From a virus, in the IMG/VR virus record IMGVR_UViG_3300043449_002292, positions 32,001-96,000 of that record: a stretch of DNA of 64,000 nt. The stretch is one strand, 5' to 3'. How positions within the stretch are numbered: position 1 is the stretch's first letter; each line of letters begins with the position of its first letter. Positions 36,208 to 46,500 of the stretch are shown here, piece by piece. The position numbers and the translations under genes were made by a program. The notes under the pieces were generated by a model. It was given only the letters and a program-made list of their open reading frames with translations, did no database searches and was not told the origin of the DNA.

Positions 36208-37038
36208 TCAGAACCCGCTGTCCTCGAGATCAGCGAACGCGTCATCGAGATCACGGGCTGCTGCCTTCGGACCGCCGCCCGACTTCTTCGCCGGCTTCGG
36301 ATCATCGTCATCGAACGATGCGAGCTTGCTGTCGGTCTCACTCTTTGCAGGACCACCACGGCTCGTGCCGGAGTCGCTCGAGGCACCACCGTTGATCCAA
36401 TCATTGACGATCTTCTCGATCTCCTCGTAAGGCTTGAGGTTCACCGCCTCATCGACCTCGGGGATCGAATCAAGCCACTTCTTCGCCTGGGCGGAATCAC
36501 GGCTGAGGGGCTCAACCTTCGCACGGGGAGAAACCTTCGTATCGGCAAACTGCTTACCGGGCAGCTTCGAGACCGTCACGCGGATGTCACGACCCTCGAG
36601 CGGATCGGTGATATCGCCGTAGTCCTCATCGAGCATGAGGTTGAGGATGTCCTGGTAGACCATCTTACCGAAGGACCAGATACGGACGCCCTTGTCCTCC
36701 TCACCGCGGACGATGACCGGAGCGAAGGTGCGCATCTTCGGGGCGACCTTCTTCGCGAGCTCACGGCTCGTGTCGCTGCCCTCATCGTAGAGCTTACCAC
36801 GAAGCTCCTTGATTGGATCGGGCTTGCCAAACTGGAACGGAGCGAGGATACCCGGACTGTTGCCGATGTTGTAGTAGTACCAGCGATCCTTGAAGGGCTG
36901 ACCGTCGTTGTTCGGGAACGCCAGGAGTCGAACCGTGTACTCCTTGCCCTCCTCAGGCTTCCACTGCTGGTCACGCTTGTTGTTCTTACCGGAGAGTTCG
37001 CCGAGCTTGCGGCGGATTGCGTCTAGATCGATTGCCAT
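36208..37038 (-). CDS. Single-stranded DNA-binding protein (gp32-like)
   Basis: WKP...VRLL, DYGDITDP..GRDI, acidic C-terminal DLDDAFADL. Confidence 0.85.
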   Translation of the reverse strand: MAIDLDAIRRKLGELSGKNNKRDQQWKPEEGKEYTVRLLAFPNNDGQPFKDRWYYYNIGNSPGILAPFQFGKPDPIKELRGKLYDEGSDTSRELAKKVAPKMRTFAPVIVRGEEDKGVRIWSFGKMVYQDILNLMLDEDYGDITDPLEGRDIRVTVSKLPGKQFADTKVSPRAKVEPLSRDSAQAKKWLDSIPEVDEAVNLKPYEEIEKIVNDWINGGASSDSGTSRGGPAKSETDSKLASFDDDDPKPAKKSGGGPKAAARDLDDAFADLEDSGF

Positions 37039-37150
37039 GATGTTTTAGTTTTCCTTGATTGATTGTTGTTGATAGACAGGGAGTTTCGGCTTTCGCTTCC
37101 CCTCCCCGGGGTTACCCGATGTCCCGCCTTTAGGGCCAAGACATAGGGAG
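37039..37150 (-). promoter_or_regulatory. Structured 5' leader of the SSB gene
   Basis: Three short hairpins, then an unstructured A/C-rich stretch; TGAAAA-16-TACAAT upstream. Confidence 0.5.
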
Positions 37151-37175
37151 ATTGTAATGGGTTCTTTTGATGTTT

Positions 37176-37451
37176 TCAGCGCTTCTTGCGCTTTCCCTTA
37201 CCGAGACCGCCGAACGAACGCCTTGCAACGTTGGTGATATCACGACGTGGACCGGGAGGGCGCATGCCGAGCGGCAGCGTGTAACCAGCGACCGCACCAG
37301 CACCGGAGAACTCATCGAGCTCCGCCTCTTCCATGCTGCAGCTGTGCCCCTCACCTTCCTCATACATCACTCCGCACTCAGAGCAGCGACGCATGCCCTC
37401 AAGAGCTTCCATGATCATAAGGCGAAGAGATGAGCGATCTAGCGTGTCCAT
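37176..37451 (-). CDS. Small protein with leader-like motif
   Basis: LRLMIMEALE...LDEFSGAGAVAGYTLPLG; ATAATTA at 37457-37463. Confidence 0.65.
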   Translation of the reverse strand: MDTLDRSSLRLMIMEALEGMRRCSECGVMYEEGEGHSCSMEEAELDEFSGAGAVAGYTLPLGMRPPGPRRDITNVARRSFGGLGKGKRKKR

Positions 37452-37459
37452 ACTCTTAA

Positions 37460-38044
37460 TTATTCAGTTCCGACCTTTCTGACAAGGATATCACGCGCAG
37501 AACGCAGGAGAATTGTGAGCGTCGGCTCGGCAGTAGGAGCAAGTCGACTCTCGACCCAATCAGGCGGGCGACTCGGTCCACGGATCGCCATGAACTCCTC
37601 CTCGGTGAGCTTCACGTCGTAGTGTTGAAGCAGGAAGAGCGAACGCTCGGGGATCGTCATCCGCGACATTCCCTCGTTCGGCTTGTAGAAAGCTCCGAGC
37701 TTCTCACGACGCCAGCCCTCCTCCTCAGGAACGAAGTAGGGCTCCTCGAGGTTGCCGACCTTACCGACCTCATGCAGGAGGCCGACGATGAGGATCGACT
37801 CCGTCGTTGCTCCCATCTCGAAGGTATCGTTGATTCGTTTCATACCCTTCGCAACAGTGATCGCCTGCTGGACGAGCCCACCCGGTTCGCAGCCGGGACT
37901 GTCGTTACGCGGCTCAGCCGGGCACATGAGAAGACGCTCACCGAGCTCATCCATCATGCGGGTGAGACCCTCACCGCGGTTGATCTTATCAACGAGCTTG
38001 GCGTAGCTCGTCCAGAGGTCAGTCAGCTCTCGTTCGTTCATCAT
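37460..38044 (-). CDS. HD-domain-like protein with degenerate metal ligands
   Basis: PA....PGGL, GLLHEVGK, ERSLFLLQ layout of YhaM-like HD proteins, but HD is HE. Confidence 0.7.
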   Translation of the reverse strand: MMNERELTDLWTSYAKLVDKINRGEGLTRMMDELGERLLMCPAEPRNDSPGCEPGGLVQQAITVAKGMKRINDTFEMGATTESILIVGLLHEVGKVGNLEEPYFVPEEEGWRREKLGAFYKPNEGMSRMTIPERSLFLLQHYDVKLTEEEFMAIRGPSRPPDWVESRLAPTAEPTLTILLRSARDILVRKVGTE

Positions 38045-38085
38045 GGGTTATTATTACATGACGCCGCGAGATTTGCAAACTTGAA

Positions 38086-38499
38086 TTAGCCCCAGTGAAT
38101 CCAGAGGCCGTTCGACAAGGCGTCGACCTTCAACCGTGTTGGAAGGGCGATCCTATCCGTCTTCTCAGCAGCCCATAACGTTGATTTGATCATTCTGATC
38201 GCGACAGCTGGGCTATAATCCATCAGATCCGATGAGACACTGATCGAGATGCCATTTCTAGACACGTATTTCTGCGGCTCTCCGAAGATTCCACGCAGCA
38301 CCTCTGACTTTGCTGCTATCCTGATTACGTCATAGATGTCCTGCAGCCAATCCTCTCCGCCGCCCATGAATCTCGATAGATCGAGTCCGTTGATTATCTG
38401 CTCGGGATCTCTCTCCACCAAGCCCAGATCGTTCCACCCAGGCGGAGCGTCACCGAACCCCTTGTACTTACCCTGCAGCTTGCGTCTGATCGCTGACAT
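38086..38499 (-). CDS. Hypothetical protein
   Basis: GGAGGAG RBS; packed between neighbours. Confidence 0.6.
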   Translation of the reverse strand: MSAIRRKLQGKYKGFGDAPPGWNDLGLVERDPEQIINGLDLSRFMGGGEDWLQDIYDVIRIAAKSEVLRGIFGEPQKYVSRNGISISVSSDLMDYSPAVAIRMIKSTLWAAEKTDRIALPTRLKVDALSNGLWIHWG

Positions 38500-39670
38500 G
38501 TTGCTCCTCCTCTATGTATGCAGGAGAGAGGGAAAGCTCAAAGTGACCCAGGCCCTCAACATCGAGGCCACGACGTGTGAGTGCCGCGAGTCGATCCACG
38601 CTTCCGGGATGTACGTCAACCAGCAGGGCATCGTGGAGAACATAGCAGGGGATGACGTCGAGATCCTCTGCCTCGATGCTCTCCAGCAGGTCGCCGAATC
38701 CACCGAGAGCGACATCCACCGCGGTCGACTGCGTGAAGTGTGAGATGAGCAGGTGCTGCTCGGTCGCCTCCGGGAGGGGGCGTCCCCAGTGACTCCTGAT
38801 CGCCCCCTCCCGCGCGAGCTCGGACGACAGGCGCCCCCGCAGGCCTGAGAGTCCAAAGTAATCCTCGATCTGCTTGATCACCCGCGTGTTAATGGACCCA
38901 AGCTCCTCTGTGATACCAGCGCGTGATGAGCCGTAAAGCATCTTCAACGTGGCAAGCTTCACCTGCCTGCGATTCGCAGCCCCTCCGAGCCTCTCTGCGA
39001 CATCAGAATAGATGTCAACAGGTGCAGACCCATTGGCGAGTAGACGTAGGACTCGGGGCTCGAGGGACACAAAATCGATCTGCGTCATCCGTCCACCATC
39101 GAATCGGCTCGCGAGGATCCTCCGGTGATCCTTCTGCAGCGTGAGAATTCGCGGGCCCTCCCTCACGGTAAGGCGACCCGTCGCCGTCGCATGGGAGTAG
39201 ATAGGTGGCTGGCACATGAAATCCGGACCTGGCTCGAAGCTGTCAAGCACGCTCGTCGATGATCGTCCCTGCTCGATGCGGAGGGAGGAAAGGTCAACCC
39301 GGCAGGGCTGCAGCTTCGAAAGAACCCGGCGGGAGCCTGCAAGACAATCCGCGTAATCGCCCAGTGCCTCAAGGGTGTCCAGGACCGTGCCCTCGATCCC
39401 TCGCAGGTGCTCACCGAGGATGCGCTGCGGGATCACGAGCGGCCATGGAATGGGACCGCGAGCGAGACCCTCCATCGAGAGACGATACTCTGCCGGAATG
39501 AAGTCCGGAACCTCATGCCCGATCGTTTCCATGAGCGCGCCCAGGGACCTTATCTGGGTGTGATCACCCAGGATCCACGACGAATCAGGGGCACGACCCC
39601 ACGAGACCTGCGCTTCATCGATAACAAGATCGCGAGCTGAGTTGAGCGCTCGACCTGAGATTGCAAGCAT
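38468..39670 (-). CDS. Truncated family A DNA polymerase-like protein
   Basis: TATGRL, motif A DFVSLEPR, motif B RRQVK....LYG, QSTAVD, motif C HDAL. Confidence 0.8.
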   Translation of the reverse strand: MLAISGRALNSARDLVIDEAQVSWGRAPDSSWILGDHTQIRSLGALMETIGHEVPDFIPAEYRLSMEGLARGPIPWPLVIPQRILGEHLRGIEGTVLDTLEALGDYADCLAGSRRVLSKLQPCRVDLSSLRIEQGRSSTSVLDSFEPGPDFMCQPPIYSHATATGRLTVREGPRILTLQKDHRRILASRFDGGRMTQIDFVSLEPRVLRLLANGSAPVDIYSDVAERLGGAANRRQVKLATLKMLYGSSRAGITEELGSINTRVIKQIEDYFGLSGLRGRLSSELAREGAIRSHWGRPLPEATEQHLLISHFTQSTAVDVALGGFGDLLESIEAEDLDVIPCYVLHDALLVDVHPGSVDRLAALTRRGLDVEGLGHFELSLSPAYIEEEQHVSDQTQAAG

Positions 39671-39700
39671 GCTGAATAGTAACCTGGGTCAGGATCAATT

Positions 39701-42700
39701 TCACCCTGCCGCATCAGCAAGGCACTCCTCGATCTTCGCCTGCAGGAGAGCCGCAGCCTCCTCACCGAGCAGCGGTAGAAGGGCGGGCAGGTTCTGAAGA
39801 ACAGCGATGAGAGCGGCGAGCTTCTGGGCCGCGGCGGCGACCTGAGCGGCCTTCGCAGCAGCCTCCTCAGCGGCGGCGGCGGCAGCAGCGACATCTATCC
39901 GCGTCTGCTCAGGGATCGCGGCGAGCAGGGCGTCCGCGGCCTGCTCGGCCTTTTCATTAATCTCGGCCTCGACTTCGGCAGCAAGCCTTGTCAGTTCCTT
40001 TTTCGCTTGAACCTCGAGATCATGGATGAATTCGTGCAGATCATCGCAGGCGTTATTAACCTGGCTAGTGACCGCCGTCGTTACGTCCTCTGTTGAGGGT
40101 GTGGGAGCGGCTGGCTCCAGTATTCCGACCGCTGGGGACGTTTTCGTTGTGTCAGAGAAATCCACCACAGCTTTCGCGAGCTGCTGATTGATGCTCGAGT
40201 ATGTCGGAAACCCAGCGCTGTATGCCATCTGAAGCTCTGTCTTGAACCCATCCTTACCGATGGTCGAGTCGACGGAGACCACGAAGTAGCAGCTATCGAT
40301 GGAAGTTCCCGTTCCAAAATCAACGAAAAATCGTTGCATCGGGTGGAAAAGAGGGCATCCGATTGTGGTCATTCCGAGCTTCGCCGGAAGCACCTGCATC
40401 GGCACACCGGAATCGACATTCTCATCCGCCCTTTCACCGTCAGAGTTGAAAGCACGGCCGAGGAGCATGTTCGCCATTGCGGCGTTTCCACCTGTCGTGA
40501 GAGATGCATTCACAACCGCCGACGTTGATGAGCCGTAGATGATAGTTGGCATACCGGCCGCGACGACTCGCTTTATTTCATCGTAGCTGCCCGCCACACG
40601 CAGAAGGACAGTGCCGTTTTCGACGTTTCTGATGACACTTTCGACAGTTTGTTCAGCCGAGGAGATCCTTTGCAAGCTCGCCTTATCGACAGTCTCGAGA
40701 ATACCAGCGTCCAGTCCAGCTTTCACCGCAGCGAGGGCAGCGTTCTCCTTCTGATCGTTATTACCCGATCTAACGTACTCTGATACGGGAATCTGGATCA
40801 TGCTCAGCTCGTTGTCCTTTGCCGCTGTGATGATCTCCGATAGCGTTGAGCTCGGCTCCATGGCGCTATCGTAGACATGCAGCTTGATCAAGGTCTTGGG
40901 CCTACCAGTTTCTTGATTGATGAGCGGTTCGCCTGCCTCGTCCAGGAGCTGACAGCCCTCGACGTGAACCTGCACGCGCCCAAATTTGATCTTCCTCTCG
41001 GGTATTCCAACCTCGCTAAGACGCTCCTCGAGGGTGAGCGCGGAGTTGGGTCTGAACGTTCCCTTGTACGGCTTGCCGTCGCGGCCTGTCAGGGTCACTG
41101 GTTTAAACTCTAAAGACTCTGCCTTGCCCTCATTTCCTGCCTTCTGGTTGTAAAAACCCGCCATTAGGTAAGCTCGTGCTGGCGCGAATGAGACGAATCG
41201 ATCATTGAGGAGACGGATGAATGACCTCGAGGAGAGCTCAGGGGTCTCCTTCACCTCCTTCAGGACCGCCGCCTTGAGACGACCCGCCTCTATCGGAAAG
41301 CAGCTGATCGGCAGGTCATGGACCGCTCCCGCGAGCTTGTTGAACGGGTAGAAGATGACCTGAACCTCCTCGTATTGCTTGGTGTTCAGGATAGGCTCCG
41401 CGACCATCTTCATGAAGACCGACCCGAATGAGTAGTATTCTGTTAGTTTCGAGAATGCTCCGCTATCGTAAACTGCCGTGCCCTTTTTCGCCTCCCCCGT
41501 CTGCGTTTTGGTCAAGTTCCCGTTTGCGTCTTTCGTCTCACCAACGATGAGGTTAGACGCCAGCGCGGCGCAGCGGTTTGGGTCTGCCACGAAAGGTGCT
41601 GCCAACTCATCGGACTCAAATTTGGGAAGTGAACTGAAGATGCTCTCGTAGGTTTGCGTGACCTCCTTCGCAAATTTTTCGGCCTCCCCGGAGACGTTGC
41701 TGGCGTTCGTTAGCACGGTCCTCCCGTAAAGTTCGAGCAGCTTGGAGCTGATCTCGGCGTCGGCGCCTTTGCTTTGCAGCAGATCCTTGATCTCGCCCAT
41801 CCTCTCCTTGTTACCAGCAGCTTTCAGGGCACCCGCGGCGTCCTTCAAGGTGTCAAGCACGTCGTACTGGGCCATCGAGGGTGTGGTCCCCCGACCTCGC
41901 AACTCAGCAAGACGATCGTTGATGGCCTCGACCAGCTTCTCCAGTGCAGGTAGCACGTTTGAATTTCCGCGCGGACCCGTGTTGAGCAGATCCATGCTTC
42001 CCACCGTCTGGATGGACAGGGTAACCTTAATCTGCCCGCCCTCCTCAAAGGAGTACGTGGAATTCGAGACCCTGTATCGTGCCTGGTGCTTCAAGGAATC
42101 GAGGAACTTGCCTATTGGATTTTTGGAGTCGATTCCGCCCTCAGGATGCGACCAACCGTAGGTGATATCGAGGAATGTCGTGCCGTAGAGATCAGGTCGA
42201 ACGAAGGCAGCCATCTCGCGAAGCCGCGAGCGATCGTGAATTACGAGCTCAAGCCTGCCTGTCGTGAAATCAGAGATGCTGCCCTGCATTTTCGTTGTCA
42301 GCTGCAGGTTCCCAAGGCTCGCGATGGGACGTAACCTGTCAATAACAGGCACGAACTCGAACCCCACCTCCCCCATGTTCACCAGCGTCTGTGGGGAAGT
42401 GAACAGCTCGATCCCGGAACGGGTCCCCAGCCCGAGGTCCAAAACTTCGCTTTTAACGTTCTCCGCCTGACTGGCGAGGATGGAGCTGTCGGCTGACCCG
42501 AGGCTCGGGGGATTGAGGAAGCCGTGGAGGGTCAACGCGGGGGCGACGGTTCCGACCGCGCGGCGTGTGCTCACAAGCTCCAGGTTGATGTATGGGACGC
42601 ACTTGCTGAACTCCAACGTCGGGATCGCGTTCATGAAAATCTCGATCGCACCTGTGTCCTTCACCATTGGACTCATGAACGGATTGAACACGGAGATAGC

Positions 42701-43216
42701 GTAAAAATTCTGATCCTTGATCGTCGGTTCAACTTTGAATTCTTTTTCTTGGGAGAGAGCTTGGGGGTTTGATATTATACCCGTCGGCTCCTTCACCTCG
42801 AATTTGTCGGTGGTACGTGTTGGAACAGCATAAAACTTAAGCTGTCCCTCGTTGGAAAGATCGTCATTTATGATGTATTTTTTAAGCTCATCAGGTGACT
42901 TTGACGCAGCCTGCACGAACTTGCCTATGCACACCGAGCCGTAGACGAGCTCTGCCACGAGATCCGACAGCGTATTTCCAGTGTCGTATGAGACGGAGCG
43001 TGTGATCTTCGCCGACTTCTTCAGAATATCCGCAAGCTGCGTCGCGTCTATGGCGTTGCGGGTCCTGTCCTGCTGCGCTTGAGCAAGGCCTGCCCGCACA
43101 TCTTCGAACTGCTCGGAAAGGCTCCAAGATTGCTCGATAAAAGCACCATCGGTGACAGCCTGGAAGTAGGTGGCAAGATCCTTGACAGCCTGCGAGACGA
43201 GGGGTGAGCGTGGCAC
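39701..43216 (-). CDS. Large baseplate hub / tail-associated protein
   Basis: Position after the baseplate genes; ITYGWSHP; C-terminal TIGCP...QRFFVDFGTGT..D..YFV..V. Confidence 0.6.
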   Translation of the reverse strand: MPRSPLVSQAVKDLATYFQAVTDGAFIEQSWSLSEQFEDVRAGLAQAQQDRTRNAIDATQLADILKKSAKITRSVSYDTGNTLSDLVAELVYGSVCIGKFVQAASKSPDELKKYIINDDLSNEGQLKFYAVPTRTTDKFEVKEPTGIISNPQALSQEKEFKVEPTIKDQNFYAISVFNPFMSPMVKDTGAIEIFMNAIPTLEFSKCVPYINLELVSTRRAVGTVAPALTLHGFLNPPSLGSADSSILASQAENVKSEVLDLGLGTRSGIELFTSPQTLVNMGEVGFEFVPVIDRLRPIASLGNLQLTTKMQGSISDFTTGRLELVIHDRSRLREMAAFVRPDLYGTTFLDITYGWSHPEGGIDSKNPIGKFLDSLKHQARYRVSNSTYSFEEGGQIKVTLSIQTVGSMDLLNTGPRGNSNVLPALEKLVEAINDRLAELRGRGTTPSMAQYDVLDTLKDAAGALKAAGNKERMGEIKDLLQSKGADAEISSKLLELYGRTVLTNASNVSGEAEKFAKEVTQTYESIFSSLPKFESDELAAPFVADPNRCAALASNLIVGETKDANGNLTKTQTGEAKKGTAVYDSGAFSKLTEYYSFGSVFMKMVAEPILNTKQYEEVQVIFYPFNKLAGAVHDLPISCFPIEAGRLKAAVLKEVKETPELSSRSFIRLLNDRFVSFAPARAYLMAGFYNQKAGNEGKAESLEFKPVTLTGRDGKPYKGTFRPNSALTLEERLSEVGIPERKIKFGRVQVHVEGCQLLDEAGEPLINQETGRPKTLIKLHVYDSAMEPSSTLSEIITAAKDNELSMIQIPVSEYVRSGNNDQKENAALAAVKAGLDAGILETVDKASLQRISSAEQTVESVIRNVENGTVLLRVAGSYDEIKRVVAAGMPTIIYGSSTSAVVNASLTTGGNAAMANMLLGRAFNSDGERADENVDSGVPMQVLPAKLGMTTIGCPLFHPMQRFFVDFGTGTSIDSCYFVVSVDSTIGKDGFKTELQMAYSAGFPTYSSINQQLAKAVVDFSDTTKTSPAVGILEPAAPTPSTEDVTTAVTSQVNNACDDLHEFIHDLEVQAKKELTRLAAEVEAEINEKAEQAADALLAAIPEQTRIDVAAAAAAAEEAAAKAAQVAAAAQKLAALIAVLQNLPALLPLLGEEAAALLQAKIEECLADAAG

Positions 43217-43510
43217 TTAGGTGGACCTCAGGGCTTCCGACAGGTCCGTCGGAATGAGAACGCGCGTGCCCGGTGGCACCTGCAACCACCAACCTATCTC
43301 GGAGGCTGCCGCGATCACCCACCAGTACTTACCGTCACCGTAATACTGCCCAGCGAGCTGATCGAGTCGCTGGCCCTCGGCGAGAGTGATCTCGCTGACC
43401 TGCAACCGACCTGCACGAACCGCATCGCGGAGCTTCAGGAACGAATTTGCCGTGGAGAGACGTTGCGGTGTTCCAACGATAATATCTTTCTGGTATCTGC
43501 TGACTGCCAT
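43217..43510 (-). CDS. LysM/tail-X-like baseplate wedge protein (gp53-like)
   Basis: GQRLDQLAGQYYGDGKYWWVIAAAS...PGTRVLIP. Confidence 0.85.
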   Translation of the reverse strand: MAVSRYQKDIIVGTPQRLSTANSFLKLRDAVRAGRLQVSEITLAEGQRLDQLAGQYYGDGKYWWVIAAASEIGWWLQVPPGTRVLIPTDLSEALRST

Positions 43511-43528
43511 CTCTGGTATCCTTGGGTA

Positions 43529-46500
43529 TTAGAATAACTTCTGAAGCACGCTTTGTTTATAAGCCTCTTCATATGCTACCTTGGAGCCTGCGTTGTCTCC
43601 CCGCTCGAGAGTGCGAGTTTGAGTTCCGGCCCCATACGGCTCGCTATCCCCGCCCTCGACCACGGAGTTGATGAGATTTCCGATGGGATAGATCGGCGCC
43701 CTGTTGAAGCCCTCATGATCGAGGCCCGGCGCGATGTCATGGATGGGCTCAAGGGATACCTGCACCTTGCAGGCGCGGGGAGCACGGTTACCGGGTCCAT
43801 CCTCACCAGCGCCCCAGACGATGCCCTGATCCATCCAGGTGAACTGCAGCTGCGTAACAACGCCGGCAAGTCCAAGCCCACGTGTGGTCTCGAAAGATCT
43901 GACGATCGCATTATTCTCGGGATCATAGAATGACGTCACATCTGCGCTTGCGTCGAACCCCGCGGCGGCGGCTTTGGAATATTTTTCAGGGTCTACTATT
44001 ATCGATTTTCCGATAGGCAAACCCAATCCCTCACCGCTGATGATTCTGAAAATGTTGTCGTAATATTCACCAGATAGAGCCGGGTCTTTTATAGCAGTCC
44101 CCTCCGACTCAAGCTCAACTAAATGCTTGCCGTCAAAAGTCGCGTAAACTCCGGGTGAGATCGTATAGAGCGTGCTCGCCGCGAAACCAGCCGTAGCCGT
44201 GCTCTGCTTTTTTTCCTTGTCCTGATACCCAAATATTCTCTTGAGATTGAATCTTGAGTAATTGGATCGTATGAGATCCCCAATTCGAACCCTCACCACC
44301 GGGGTCGCTGTGGGTATTTGAGAAAATGGTTGCGTGAATTTAAAGTCCGAAGTAGTTCCTACTTTCGCTGTTAGATCACGACCCTTCGACCACTGAGGAT
44401 ATACCATCGTGGTGAGCTTGTTAATCTGCCACCACATGTAATCAAAATCATCAGGGTTCATGGCCACTATGTTAAACGAGAACCCGACCGAACGCTTGGT
44501 GTCCTTGTATGTCTTAACCTCCTCGATTCGACCGTAACCACCCGCGCTGTTGTAGTTTGCTGTGTAGCTGTCGCTGAGGTCCTCGAGGAACGCGTGAAAC
44601 GCTATGATCTCGTTTGTCCTTAGGTCCTGAAAGTAGAAGGGCATGTACTCGGCATCGAGCGTCGACTCAATCGCAGATACCTGCTCGGGAGAGAATCTCA
44701 ACCGCCCGTTGACATCGCCTTGCGTTGTTACAGACTTAATTCGATAGGAAATTCTGCTGTTACTTTCATCTAGCAGGGAACGATAGGATTGTGTGATATC
44801 AGAGGGAACAAGATGATACGAGGGTAGATCGTATAACGCGTAGCTTGTGCCACGTCGATTTTTGATCTTGTCACCGTAAACTCGTCTTGCTCCGAACCCC
44901 TGCATTAGAACCTTCTGACCGCCCGTATTTGACAAGGGATCAAAGTTCGCATACACGACATCGGGGTCGGACTCGAGGTCCGTCTTACGGTAATCTATCG
45001 CAGCAGCTTGCGTGTAAGCTAGATCTCCGATCTGGGCCAGCGTGTTAACGAACTTGAAGAGCTTCGAATCGAATATGCTCGGACCGCTGCCGATTCCGAC
45101 GATGTCCAGGGCTGCCGCGCCGACTGCGGATCCGAAATTTTCGATCGAGCTTCCAAGTGCAGCGGTATCCCGATTGAGCTCACGAATGATACCCATGTAG
45201 TACTGTCGTGATGTGGAATCAGCGTAGATGACAAGGATCCGAGCCGTGATCTCTCCGAGGAGTACAGCCGTGTTACCGTTGAGAATGATGCCAAGATCAA
45301 GGATAAGGGACGGATCGATACCGTAAGAGACACCCAGGAACGACGCGAGACCCGCAACGACGCAATCGCCGTATCCAACGAGCTTGTTGGTCGGCATGTA
45401 GATGGGATTCTGCAACGAGAGACCCGTTAGATCACTGAGAGCATTCAAACCCTGCGTGAGCGTGCCGAGCAGCGAATCCGCAGGCTCATACTTGAATTTC
45501 CCGGACTTTAACTTCCTTGGATTTCTCAAGCCAGAGTTTACCTCGGCTGGAACATCACCCTTTTCGCCCCCGGGTATTAGACCGATCACGGCAGCGGCAA
45601 GGACGGCAGCGACGAACGTGCCGCCCGTGACGAAAGCTGCGAACGCGGCTTGACTTGTGGTGGCACCTGTGAAGGTAGCATCGGGACTGAAAGGAACGGG
45701 CCACACACGACTGGCGTATCTTCCGTCCGTGTTGCCCAAACCATCATCACTCGTGATCGCGTCCTGACCACCGTTCGCCATCGTTCGATTGAGATCGTCC
45801 AGGGACGTTCCCTGCGCGGCGACAGCGACCCTGATGGGCTCCTCAAGCTGCGAGATCCCACCCGGTCCCGCTAGCCACTGATTAAAATCTTCATACTTGG
45901 CGGGTTCCACGCCCATCGCCGAGACCATCAGGTTGCGACCGATCTCACCGAGATCTTTAACATCCGTGAGCTTCACGTCCGAGACATCGTAAGATGATCC
46001 CAGGGACCCAACCCCGAGCCTGACCCTCTTGCTCGTTGCCGCCCCATCATCGACCGTGAAGCTTCTATCATCGAAAGTATCACCGCCATCGACGGTGAGA
46101 TTTCCTGAGTAGAGATTCTTGTTTGAGAGTGCCTGGCCGATCGAGCTCACGTAAGCTTTGGCACCAGCCGTCGTTGTCTTTACGGCACCGTCCGCTGCGT
46201 CCGAGCCGACGACACCGGATAGCAGCTCGTGACCGCTGAGCTCGACGGAATCGTTCGCCTCGCCGAGCGGTCCTGTTTTTACGATATCCTCGATCAAGGC
46301 ACCGTCGAGGGGCGAGCCCGGCAACCCATCACGGTAAGCGGCGTCACGCAACCCGGACTGATCCGAGAACCCACGCTCCTCTATCGAAAGGTCATTAAGG
46401 GGAAAGGGGTTCGCATGTGGAGGAGGGTTCGGTCCGTTGTACTCGACGATGTCCTCGGTCGGAACGACCCCCTTCGTCAAGCTGCTGATGTAGCTCCGCA

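Noticed and set aside
37060-37150. Hammerhead ribozyme or tRNA in the SSB leader
   Set aside because: GAAA elements are present, but there is no CUGANGA core and no cloverleaf or T-loop; kept only as a structured leader.
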